Of a stretch of 64,000 bases of DNA, positions 1 through 12,647 are shown piece by piece (the stretch's first letter is position 1; each line of letters begins with the position of its first letter). Both the position numbers and the translations under genes were made by a program. The stretch comes from Sarea resinae. Taxonomy: Eukaryota. The stretch covers positions 1 to 64,000 of the forward strand of contig JAPEUD010000096.1 in NCBI GenBank assembly GCA_026026165.1, in the 5' to 3' direction. The notes under the pieces are model-generated. The model saw only the letters and a program-made list of their open reading frames with translations, was not told where the DNA came from and searched no databases.

Positions 1-3000
1 GGAAAGGTCCATCCAAAAATTCGATCCACGAAGGAAAACAGAAGGAAACCTACTTTGCAACTCATATTCACCGGCTCGGCCCGCCTCTCTCTCAAATTCA
101 GCTCGCACCTGATCCAGGAGTTCGGACAATCTGCTGTTTGGCACGGGTATCCCGCGATGCCCCGGGTTGTACATTCTGGGTAGGTACTAGCGAGCAACAC
201 CTCTTACGCTCGCGCGACGTGGCCTTGCGAAGAGCAGATTGGTGATAGGAATGCGTTCTTTGGCCACGAGCGAACGATGAATGGATTCGCTTGTCGCAAG
301 AACGACCTCCTTCGTCCAGCGCAAACGCTGTCCTGCGATGAAGACAACCGAACAGGTGCTGGATCTCAACCCTCTAGAAGATCGATGGAACTCGATTGCG
401 TGTGTGCAGCTTGGTGGTTGAAAGCCGGACTGGTCGACGAAAGATACGGATGAGCCTCACGTTCACGGTTTGGCGAGTCGCGCGCGCGCACCCACAAACA
501 ACAACAAGGCTGTAATCCACCTCACCGCCTACAAAACCTATGCACGGCCCACGCCAGGATATGGCCGTCGATAGGATTGACTGATGGCGATATATCGCGA
601 TATGATCGATTGAGATTGGGCGGCTCGTCGGTCGATGGAAGGGTTGATGGAATGGTTTTGCGTGTGGGATATGACGAGGGAAGGGAAAGAACGGTTGCGG
701 AGATCAGGAGCGAAGAGATTGACGAAGAGCGAGCGGTGCGGTACGGGACAGGTGGTACCTTACCGTAGTTAGGGTCGAGGGGGGGGGTTCGATATGTTAG
801 TGTCAGAAGGAAAGAGGAGGCAAGGCAAGGCCCAGTCCCAGCAGCAGTCGTGTACTATGAGTATGTAGGCCGGAGCAGGCGGACTGCGGGCTACAAGGCA
901 ATTTACCACTCACTCCCGGGCACGTTACCGCTACTGCAAGCACGGAGTTAGCAGTAATAGTCAGCAATCGCAGTAGCATACGGTTAAGCTGGCAGTCGCA
1001 GTGGTGATACTGACGGCAGGGTTGGTAGGCAGGTGGGCAGGCAGGCAGATAGCTAGAGGTAGATGGTAGACAGGGAACGAGAACGGGTCCGGCGAGAGAA
1101 GGAAGAGAGAGAGCGCGAGACGAGACGAGACATGTCTGTACCTCGCGTAGGTACATTAACAACCCTAACCTTGAACAAGGTACCTACCTTGCCTTGCCTT
1201 GCCTGCCAGCCTGACTTGCCGTGCGTCGAGAAGTACATAAGGCAAGGCAACCGGGAGGGCAATATCAATCCGGGCATCTACCGTACTAGCTTCAAAGGGG
1301 AGTAGGGAAGTAGACTGGCTGACGGTCTCCCGCAGTAGCCTTACTACTTACCTAAGGTAGGTAGGCACTTCGTACAGTACGTTAGGTACTCTACTCGTCC
1401 TAACATCCATGAATATGAGCGAGTGATCTGGCGCATCCTCCGTACATCCACACCTGATGATGGTAGTAGTACCAAAACGGGGACCATGGATTCAATCGTC
1501 CTGCCCCAATTCAGTGAGGAACGTGCAGAGTAGAGATGGAGGAGATACTCGGGTACTTGGAGTACTGAAAGAAGGCATGGATACTGCATGGGATGCGGAT
1601 GGAGAGCCTCAGGGAGTGCTCGAGTATGATAGTTCGTCATGGATGGATGGCTGAGGTGGAATGGGACGGGAGGTACCTAAAGCAGCGTACCGCGAAGTCG
1701 TGGACCGCCCTACCTCACTCTACCTACCTTAGCTTCCAATTGAGTAAGGTATTGCAGGACAGTGGGAAGACGAGACAGACAGACAGGCAGGCGGCGGGCA
1801 GACCAACTCCCCTAACCCTACATCTAGCCTCGTACCTTAAGTACACCGCAGTATTGATCCAGCGGCTAATGTACTTTCGTCCTAATCGATTGCATCTGAT
1901 GCTCAAGGTTGCAAGTGGAGCTAAGGCAAGACAGCCAGCCAACCCAAGCCCGAAGCAGGAAAGAGGGCGCTAGATGCCAATCTGGCATGGCTCAGGTCGA
2001 TGGAGGTACTGTGAAGGGTAGGGCAAAGTACCGCTGTCTGACTCTCTTACTTACATTAGCCTAACACACAGACAGAGTGACCAGTCCTGATCAACCTCGA
2101 GACTCCCTTTGCTGTTTCGTCCATCTCGTCAAAGCAGATGCCGAAGCTTTGGCGCTTCAGCAAACGATGCATGGATTCCCCCGCCACTGAGTCGTGCGAG
2201 AGAGGCGCTCGTTCCAAACCCGAGTAAGGCCCACACAGAAGTGATCAGTTACGGCTTACTCTCTGGCGGCAAGCAAACAACCTGGATCGCTTCGGTCCTT
2301 CAGCCATGACCTACTTATGCAGACGGACGCCCAGCTCAGCCATACCTGTGCTCTAAATGTCATTTGCGGGATGCAGATCACCCACTGTGCGGAGTGCTCC
2401 AATATGATGAATAGCGCGTGCCAGCACAAATGAGATTAGCGGAGCTTTGTCCTTCAGTAAAGAGACATCATCAAACCTTTCGAACAGGAGCTGATGAGCA
2501 ATTTTCGTCAAGCATTAAACTAACGCATCTACCCAATTCTTCCGCGAATGCCGGAGTGCACGAAGGGGACACTGAGATGTGCAAATGCACTGCAGGGCCG
2601 ATGGTATCGGGATATCCGGGATCGGCCCCTCAGACTGTTGATGCGACATGCAGTTAGCCGATGGACGCTGCAAGTATCTGTGCGTGCGCCGTCCACACTA
2701 ACACCTAGAAAGGAAACCCAGAGATGTCTTCAGGCACCTATCTTGTTTGCTGTATGCTTAGAAGGGATTACGTCTTGAGACAACCTTATGTAAAAACGGT
2801 TTAGAAGAAAAAAAATCCAAACTTGCTCCGTAGGATTTCGAGGGCATAATCAAACATTGAACTCATCTAGGTACAATCCGGGGGGGTTCTTTTTGTCGAC
2901 GAGCTTGGAGCGCTGTAGATTATGCTGGACAAAGGCCAAATCGCGATCGATCTACGCGCGCATCACGGAACATCTCTAGACGGACAAACTTGGTTTAATG

Positions 3001-4631
3001 GTATAGATCAGTAGCGTATTGCCTCAATGCCTGATATCAACACTGTACAACTTGTCATTTACCAGGATTACAAAGGAATAGGAGCATATGAACAATCCTA
3101 AGCAAGCATACGCCTTCTAGGGATGATCCTCAGATATCACTTGGGCTATTTCGTCGAGTGTAAAGAAAAGGTGATAATAGTAAAACATAATTTCTCTCTA
3201 TTTGAAATACGAGAGTATACCTTAAATTAGAGAATTTGGTTTGTTTCATGTCATATGAAAAATAAAGACCTCAAAGGCAACAATACTATGACTGGCAATA
3301 TTGCCAGCCCGATAATACTGCTGACTTCATTAGATGGCCTTAGGTGGCATGAAAAGCTTCCACCTGCAAACGTAGATGCTGTCAATTTGCCGTACCAAGT
3401 GGGCGTATGATGTGTTTACCTACCTACCTTAGGTTGTAGTCGAGAATCTCGATACCTGCCTAAAAGGAGCTTCCCAGTGTCATTGTAGGCTGGGACGTGC
3501 GACGGGAACAGCACCAAAGTCATACTTGCGCCCTGCAAGGAGCGATGGCCTTTCTTCATGGCTACAAAGAAGGATTGCCTGCCTTTTGATAGTATCCTTC
3601 TGCTCATGAGCTGTCAAATGTACTGGCTGAGTGATGCCATTTATAGCGTCTGACCTGTGGAGTCGCTGTGGGGACGGCACAGGGAGAGTAGAGAGACCAC
3701 AAGGCCATCTGAATGGTCGCAGGATAGAAAACATTTCCATTGAGCTGTCGTGCCCTGCCGTTCGGACGACTAGTGACTCCATTGTAGAGCCCGAAGCAGG
3801 CGACGAAACTACAGGATATCAAGTATCTCGTACGACGATGGGCTGATCAGGTTACAACGGAGAGAACAAAAGCGTTGGGAATCCAACACGTTGGATATCA
3901 CGAATGTGAAATGCCAAAGCGACAGTCGTGACTCTGGACGGATAATAAGGAGAAGCGTTGAAGCCCCGCTCGACAGGCATCCGCGTCAAGGAGCGTTGAC
4001 GGTCTGACTGGAGGATTCTGACGCCAGCGATGGTCACAAGGGGTGTCTATTGCACCCTCTACTTTCGCAATTGGGTCATCCAGGTCGCCGTGATGAGAAA
4101 TATTTTACACGGGGGACTGGGGGGAAGGATCTGATAAGGGACAACCAGCACCGACACGGCGAGCAGGGGGCCAGGGGGGCCGGCGGCAGTACTAAGGGCT
4201 GAGGTATCGGCATATGGTTGGGGCAAACTAGCTGTGCCGAGTTAGAGGGCAATCGTTCGCTCGTGGCTGAAGAAGACGATGAAGAGGTACCTCCACGGCT
4301 TGTACTGTGAGTACATGCAACACTCGTGTCTCTACTGCGCAGGATGTCGCTCCTCATTTCTGTCTCCTCATGGTTCGTGCTCTTGATCTGCCAGCAGCGA
4401 GTACTTCACACCCGAGCGAGAACAAGTGCTGGAGAGAGGTGCCGACCGTGCCTCAGGTACTGTGAGTAGACTACGTACTCGATGGTGCACGGAAGGCGGG
4501 AAACCGAGATCGAGATAATCAGACCATCGCCACCCATCGCTCTCCGGCGTCGACAGTCTCTCACTCGGGAATCGCGGAGCAGCGCGCCAGGACAGCCCAC
4601 CCGCCCAGCGAAATTGTCACCCTCAAGCCAC

Positions 4632-4663
4632 ATCGTGCCTCTCGGTACGGCGAGGCTCCGAAT
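4632..4663 (+). promoter_or_regulatory. Candidate composite sterol-regulon element (SREBP/AtrR/CCAAT-complex-like) upstream of ERG3
   Basis: ATC-N8-CGG-N12-CCGAAT (ATCGTGCCTCTCGGTACGGCGAGGCTCCGAAT) about 440-470 bp upstream of the ERG3 ATG. Same fixed bases and spacing as the A. fumigatus cyp51A 34-bp element, as recalled. Confidence 0.55.
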
Positions 4664-5100
4664 GGTCTACCGGTGAAAATGGCCCTTTCTACACAATCCA
4701 TCCGTACCTTTCCCTCACCGTCCCTAATGATCCCCGCGTAGAAAGCGTCAAAAATGGGAAAGGAGTTTACCCAACGTGTCAGGGTCTCTTGCCTCCAGCT
4801 TCCTTGTTAGATGGGAACCAAGCCTGCAGTACCGGGCTCCGTAGTAGAGTAGTGGAGCCCTCTCCAGCCACAGGAGCATCCCTCCACCTCCCCAGAGACC
4901 TCGTCCTGGCTGATTGATAAACTCTCGCATATCTTCTTTCCCATCACTACTTATCTTCTCTTTTCTTTTCTCTTCACTCTCCCTCCTCTCCTCCTCCTCC
5001 TCTACTCCACTCACTCCACTCTACCCCCCTCTCCTTCCCCCGAGACAAAGTCAATTGGGAGCCACTCGTCCTGAGAGAGGGTCCGTCGGCCACCGCCAAC

Positions 5101-6279
5101 ATGGATATCGTTTTAGAAGTTCTCGACACCTTCTTTTTCGATCGCGTCTACGCCACTTTGCTCCCCGCTTCATCTGCCACCGTCGTCGCCAACTCATTCA
5201 AGGATGGCGCCGCCAATGCCACTGTCACCGGCCCCATCCCGCAGAATTATCAATATCACCCGTCGACGGAATATTTTCAGTTGAAGCCATCCCAGTGGGC
5301 GTACATGAGCGCATGGCCGAGAGACAACATCGTCCGCCAGTCTGTTAGTCTGTACTTCATCACCTGGTAAGTCCTGGTAGAACATCTCAGAAGGCTCGAA
5401 ATCACCTCTCACTGACTTGAATGAAAGGTTCTTCGGGTTGGTTGTCTACTTCGTGTGCGCCACCGCCTCGTACGTTTTCGTCTTTGATAAGACGACCTTC
5501 TACCACCCCAAATTCCTCAAGCACCAAATTCGGAAGGAGATTAAACAAACCATGATCTCAATGCCCATCATGGCCATCTTTACTGTTCCCTTCTTCGTCG
5601 CCGAGATCCGCGGCTACGCCAAACTCTACGACACCACGGAGCAAGGACCTGGCCTTTGGTACAACTACTTCCAGTTCCCGCTCTTCATTGCTTTCACGGA
5701 CTTTTGCATCTACTGGATCCACCGCTGGCTGCATTGGCCGGGTGTCTACAAGGCCCTGCATAAGCCTCACCACAAGTGGATCATGCCGTCGCCATTTGCT
5801 TCGCACGCTTTCCATCCACTTGACGGGTGGTCCCAGAGCGTGCCTTACCACGTCTTCCCCTTCATCTTCCCCCTTCAAAAATTTGCCTATGTGGTCCTCT
5901 TCGGCTTCATCAACATCTGGACCGTCTTGATTCGTAAGTTCCCCAACTAGCCGCATCACTGCTTAATAGCAACTGACGGCAATCTGTGACAGACGACGGC
6001 GAATACGTTGCCGAATCGCCCATCGTTAACGGTGCAGCGTGCCATACGCTTCACCATCTCTATTTCAACTATAACTATGGCCAATTCACCACCCTCTGGG
6101 ACCGTCTGGGAGGTAGCTACCGCAAGCCCAATGATGAGCTCTTCCGTAAGGAGACAAAGATGGGCCAGAAGGAATGGGAGCGCCAGGTTGCGGAGATGGA
6201 GAGAATCGTCAAGGAGGTCGAGGGCGAGGATGACAGACAATACAGTAGCCAAGGCGTGGCCGCGAAGAAGGTGCAGTAG
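5101..6279 (+). CDS. ERG3: C-5 sterol desaturase (lathosterol oxidase)
   Basis: Exons 5101-5366, 5428-5933, 5993-6279 with GT-AG introns. His boxes HRWLH, HKPHH and HTLHH, plus [10 protein letters not shown]-terminus [18 protein letters not shown]. Confidence 0.96.
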
Positions 6280-6832
6280 ATTGGCAATTTGGTGGTGGAT
6301 GATATTGATATGAACGGGTGCATGTGCAAATGATGCGGGCTGTGGGGGTAGAGAATGCACAAATACAAGAGCGGTTGATAGTGAAGGCGCAAAGGAGAGC
6401 GAAGCATTTCTTTCTGTTGAGGCTCTGCTTTTCCCTCTTCAAAGAGGGCCTAAGGACTAGTCAGGCAGGCAACTGGAGTCATTGAACCCTTCTGGTTGTC
6501 TTGACAGGGCTTCTGGAGCACATTTACTTCGACTGACTGGGTAATTGAATACCTACCTAGGTAGAAAACATTGAAACTTAGTCTCATCATACAAGAGATC
6601 ATATTAAGTAGACCGAGCTAGCCAACCATGAAACATGGAAACTGCCGCGGAGAAGCATATTGGGACATCGACGAAGCCCCTTTTGCCATCTCTTTCTGCC
6701 TTTTTCCATCCTCTCCTGTCCGATATAAAGGTACATATTCAAGAAGGCACGATGAAGAACAGAATCGACGGAAAACAACGAAAAAAAAAAGGTAACAGCC
6801 TTGCAACCTCCGACAGCAACTATACCTCACAA

Positions 6833-9746
6833 TCACTCGATCCCCATGCCAACAGGACCACCCTCAACATCACCATTTTCAAGCCCGTTCTCATTTCCGT
6901 CGGCGACCGCCATCCCTTCAATGCCGTCTTTCTTTCCCTGTGTCGCCAATCTCTGAGCCTGCTCCTCCACAACCTGCGCAGCCGCTTCCTCGACGGCAAA
7001 CACCCTCCTAAAAACCCTCAACCAACTCTGTCCCCAAGCTTTTAAGAATTCAGCCTCGAGCTTCCCTTCATCTGCATCCATAGCCCCAGCCTCGAGTTCT
7101 TCATCTGTCACCCCGGCAGCAACGCCCACAAGCGCATCTTCAATCACTCGGAACAGATTTCCTAGCTCCGGTCTCTCTCTATCGACAGTCTCATCCAGCA
7201 CCTTAACCTCCGCATCAGAAAGCCCCGGGCGGCGTCTCGCGGCTAGGATATCTCGAAGGCGTTTGGTGACCTTATGCACAGTCGTCGCGACCATTTCGTA
7301 GATATGGCTTTGAGCTAATATCTTGCCGCCGCCGAGATGGTCAATCAACACCCACTCGACTACAGATAGGGGGGTCAAGATTGTGTAATTGAGTAGTTTA
7401 TCGACGATATTGACCCCTACTCCAGGTTGGTCGTGCCAATATTCCATAACACTGGAAATGATTTGGCGGCGGGCAGCGGTTGGAGACTGGGCACCGATGG
7501 CTAGAAGACGGTCTTTGCAGCGCTCGATGCAGGAGAGGACGTGGGAGAGAGATTTGGAGCCTAGATGGCAGATAGCAGTGACGTAGGCATCTGTGGAGGG
7601 CACAAGGGTGTCTGCAACGCCGAGGGTGGCGGCTTTCGCATGGATAGTGTTGATGACAGATTGAATTTCATCTTCGGAGGACTTTTTGCGGAGGAGTGCG
7701 AGAAGTTCGCGACCTTCTTGCGCGTAGGGGGTTTCTTTTTCAATGGAATTAGACAAAAGCTTTAGGCACCGGAGATGAGTATTGTGGGGGATGAAAGAAG
7801 ACGTACGGTCAGAGTCATATTTGAAGTCGGGCGCGTCTTTCTCTTTTGATTCCGAAACAAGGGGTTGATAGGGTTCAGGTAGAGTCCCGCGGATGCGCTG
7901 GGCGAAGCTGAGTCGGACCTCTTTCTCTAGCGCACCCATGATGAAGGCCTTCTTTGGGTGCACATCTGGAAGCTCCACATCATCGATCCTTTTAAGCCCG
8001 TTAGCGAAGCGGGCCGTTATCTCCACTGTAAATTGGTCACTCACCACTCGGTCCATTTCCACGTAAAACCAAAATTACTCAAATGGTGGGAGAACCAGTC
8101 AATGAACCTATAAGCCAATTCCATATCCATAGAAATGACGTTCTTATACAGATAACGGATCGCTCTGCCGAGACTAGGCGCAATGGCAGCAGGCGCAATC
8201 TTGCAGGCCTCGGTGAGCACGGAGTGATAGTAGACGAGTTTGTGTTCTGGGACGGGAAGCTGGAAGAGCTGCGAAAAGACCGCATCGACAGCAACGTCTT
8301 CAGGTTTCCAAGTCGATTTGCCTTCGGGGATCTCCTTAAGCTTATCGAACGGAGTTGCTCGCTTGACAAAAGTATCCGGCGAGAAATAGCAATCGACATC
8401 GATGAGATATCTGGCGGTCGCGATACGGTTGAAGTCGAGGATGTTAATGGTATCCACAATCGAGTCACGCAAGATTGAAGATGCGATATCGGTGGTCGGT
8501 GGAACAGTCTACATTTGGTAAGTTTGAGAAAAGCAACATTCTAGCAGAAGCCTGGCTTACAATAACATCCTGTTCTGAATAGACAGAGATATACATCTCA
8601 GGCAACATTGTTTTCGGTCCGGGGTTCACACTCTGTGGCACAGTGATAGTAGGAAAATCGTGTTTCGGGGCTGAAGCAAGAGGATCTGCAGCATCTTCTT
8701 CAAGATGCATCTTCCACGACCGAGGAATGCAAGCTAGAGGCCAGCCACGAGAGGCCTCGCTTTGCAACTGCTTCTGTAGAAGGCCGATAACGCTTTCTGA
8801 CTGGCCTGGTTTGCTGGGATCACTCGACGGGTATGGGTCCACCAGAGTTTCCAGAGCATGAGGTGTCGAAGCGATGATGTCTGTTTTTTCTAGCAGATTA
8901 GACGCTAAATCTTCCAACCCCGTAGCAGATGATGCGAGGACGTATGGGATCGTGACTAGAATGATCTTGACGAGCTCGAGCCCCATGGCCTAATAATAAC
9001 GTTAGCCTAGATTAGACAGACTCGCGAGGTCAAAGACCTACGTCCTCAGATGAAGCAGTCTGTAGATCTACGGCCCTATTGAATAGCTCCTCGAGAAGTG
9101 GAAAGACACCACTCTCTTCGTAGAGGCCTTGCAAGCATCCTAAAAACCTCAGAACGAGTTTGAACTCCCTCCACGCCCCAGCCTCGATATGCGCCTGAGC
9201 GATATTACCCGCCTTCTTGAGGATTTCCGTAGTAATCTCAGGTTTCTGAGGATTGGCAACGAGGATGATGGCCGCGGCGAATGGAATCTTGAATGGCTGC
9301 TCGATAACACTTGCCCGACATTAGCTGGGGTGGCAATATAGAGAGCTAAGAGGAGCTCACAGCTGCAGTAACAGATCACAGAAATTATTACGGAGCTCCA
9401 CGTCTTCATAGTTCTCGGTTACTATCTTCGCGATGGTGCTGATCTCGTCTTCGACTCTCTTCAAGGGCTGTCGACTGGTCAGTAAAGAGGCCCTAGTAGC
9501 GGGCCCATTAGTGCAGCGCGTACAGATTCAGCAACTGAGAGCAGTTGCTTTCGGACCTTGACCACCCACGGCTCCTCATAACGTCGCCGTTGAGGGCGGC
9601 GGTCGAAGTCGTCCTCATCTGTAGAGAACAAAGTCAGTTGGTGGCCTTGTTCGTTCGCGCAATCAGAATTCACCTCTATAGCGTCGTTTGCGGTTGTTAT
9701 ACTGGCCGCCACGACCACCCCGTTCACTTCTCTCATAGTCTGCCAT
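6833..9746 (-). CDS. CBC1: Nuclear cap-binding complex large subunit (CBP80, MIF4G domains)
   Basis: Multi-exon. Starts MADYERSERGGRGGQYNNRKRRYR (NLS-like); internal DWFSHHLSNFGFTWKWTEW, EVRLSFAQRI and GSKSLSHVLSCIER are typical of Cbp80/Sto1. Confidence 0.92.
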
Positions 9747-11122
9747 TGTACACAATGTACAAGATGAAGTCTGGATGAGACGGGAAAGCTTCGGGTGTCA
9801 GGGATTTGCGAGGAAAAGAAGCGGGTTGGACGAACTGTGGGCTTGCGTTCAGTGCTTGCGTTCAGAGCTCAAGTTGACCCAGGTCGACGCCCAGCGGAGA
9901 TGCACATTTCGAGGTTGTTTAGTGCTACCAAGTACTTGGTACCGTCCATGATAGCACAGTGTAGGTACCTTAGGTAAGCTCAATTGAGAGACAATTCAGT
10001 TACGTGACTGGATATTCAGTACGAATGACTGCCACAACAGAGTATGAGAGCAGGGCCGAGAGCCAAGAGGGCTCTACGAAGTACTACGGTACAGTATATC
10101 CTAGGTACGGTACCCTCCAGCTCGTACGGAAAACCGTACCTTGGTAAGGGGTCGCTACTTTCGGTCAGAATTTCATCTTGGCGCATGTATGCATAGCTTC
10201 CGATCTATTTCTCAGTCATCATAGAGGAGTTCTGGAAGAGTCAAAAGAGGAAGGGCTGGTATGAGGTAAAGCTAAGACTGAAGCTCTCACCATTCACGGG
10301 ATCTAAAGGAAGAGGCGCAGAAAAGGACAAGGGAAAGAAAAAAAAAGGGCTCTTCATGAGTCAAAAGCCCCAATCCAAGCATGATGCCGGGGAAATACTG
10401 ATAGAGGCCTATGGTATTAGGCAATAGGCACCCTCCTAGAGCTCTGCAACCAGAGAATGCCACTCGCTCACAACAGCCAGCTGCTCCCTTGCTAGAACAA
10501 CAATCACGAGAAAAGTCACAATGAGCTTTTGAGACGCTGCAGCGGAGGTAATATGCCGCCGTCTCCCCATTCCTCGTTCAGCACCTGCAACACGGGTAGG
10601 AAGATCAAAAGGCTGATAAAGCCCTCAACGGGTAGCAAAAAGATACAGGCGCGAGATCAGGATAGATCGCTCATTTAGAGCCAGGGAAGTAAAGGCAGGA
10701 CTAGCTGCTGCGTGATTTTGATGGTAACTCAACAAGTCAATTCGTGAAACTGTGACAGCCGTATCGCGTGTATGCACCCAAGGTTGAGTCGCAGCCGACA
10801 TTTCAGACAGTTACAATCTGCCAACAATGTGCCCTTTTTTTTCACCGAGGGCTCCAGAGCCGGGCTGCATAAGAGTCATACTACTCTGCCGTAACTTCGC
10901 CTTGACCATAACCATTTATGCGTGAACTGTGCCGCTGGAAGCGCGTCTGGCGTCTGGTGAATTCAACCCTATCGATCCTACCATGATATTGGCGCGTATC
11001 GATATTTATGATACCACATGCTCCAGACAACAGCAAACACCATAGACTCAAGGTGGTCTAGATGAGACGAGAAAGACAAGGCTGATGACCACATGTAAAG
11101 ACACAAGATTTGTAGCGTGACC

Positions 11123-12647
11123 TTAATCGAGGCGCGCAATCATCTCGTCCTTGGTCATCGGTACGAGCTTGTCAAGGTCCAGGCCCCGTTCGGCTAGTAT
11201 TTTACGAGCATGAGGTGGTACCAAGCGTGAGTTCAGCTCTGGCGCGATTGACAGCTCTACGGAAATGATCAGCAAAACCGGCTCGCTCCAGAGTGGGGTA
11301 GGCTTACCATGTCGTGAAAAGTCAAAGAGATCGGGTAGATCTTTCGGCGCTCCATTGGCATGACGCGAATCCGGAAATCGTGTATTAGGGTCCCGCAGTT
11401 CGTCGAAGAATGGATGGCACATGGCCTCGATGGCAGATAGTCTCTGAGTGGGCGTGTACTCCAATAATCGCGATATGAGGTCAATTGCTTCTGGAGAGGC
11501 TTTGCGGAATACCTGGTTGATTCTTAGCATACTCTTCCGCGCAATGAAAGAGCCATACTGAAATTGAAATTACCTTGCTAAATGGATGCGGCTTGATCTG
11601 AGGAAATTTGTGCTCCATGTAATTTGGATTCATAGTGCGAATTTGATCCCTTGTTGGTGTCCCTAGGACTTTGATGATTTCCACTAATTGGTCAATACCC
11701 GATTCACCAGGAAAAAGCGGTTGCCCAAGCATCAATTCTGCCATGACACATCCTGTGGACCAGACATCTACGCATTATCTTAGTGGTTGCGGTTTTTTGG
11801 GTAGAAAAGCTTCCGCAAGACTCACCAATCTTAGTAGTATAATTCGTAGCCCCGAAAATCAATTCGGGAGCCCTGTAGTAACGAGAACAAATATATGAGA
11901 CGTTTGGCTCGTTCTCTACGAGAATCTTCGCACTTCCAAAATCGCAAAGTTTCAGCACACCAGTGTTCGGATCCAAGAGAAGATTCTGGGGCTTGATGTC
12001 TCTGTGGCAAATCCCTTGGGAGTGAATATAGGCGAGAGATCTGAAAAGTTGATAGATGTAGAGCTTGACCTCCAAGATGGGCATTGTGGTCTTCATCTTG
12101 TTGAAGTATCGCGACGCACGATAGACGGTCTCTGGGACGAACTCGAGAACGAGGTTCAAATAAACCTCATCTTTCTGTTGTAGCAAATGATGTAAGCTTG
12201 ACTTCCGTAATCGAGGCAACGGATATTGCACATACCCTTTCGCCGTTTGAGTAATAGAAAGCTTTGAGCTCAACGATATTTGGGTGTCTTACGATCCGCA
12301 TAATTTGTAGCTCACGATTCTGTTCTCTGTCAGGACCTGTAAAGCATGGTTCACGATTGAGCTGAACGACGAACCTTGAAACGTTTGTCTTGTAGAACCC
12401 GCTTGATGGCTGCGTCTTCTCCACTAGGTGACAATTTCGTTTGGAAAACCACGCCGAAAGATCCGTTCCCTACTATCTTGCATTGGGTATACTGCATCTC
12501 CCTCGTCTCACCTGATAAACCATCTTGGACCTTTTCGCGAATGACCTCTGGCAAACGGTTAGCATGCAGCTGAGACCCGATACCGCATTGAATCGACTTA
12601 CCACCCATTCTCAAGCTCGAGAACGCTGCTGGCCGACTCTGTGACAT
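11123..12647 (-). CDS. GSK3: Glycogen synthase kinase 3
   Basis: Multi-exon. [36 protein letters not shown] and activation loop [14 protein letters not shown]. Confidence 0.97.

Noticed and set aside
2404..2494. C/D snoRNA candidate (ATGATGA...CTGA)
   Set aside because: Only about 9 nt of possible rRNA complementarity, offset from box D, and no terminal stem; consistent with chance.
1..4600. Protein-coding genes from short ORFs upstream of ERG3
   Set aside because: No recognisable domains, and low-complexity or repeat-derived translations. Probably promoter or leader DNA, perhaps of a minus-strand gene beyond the window start.
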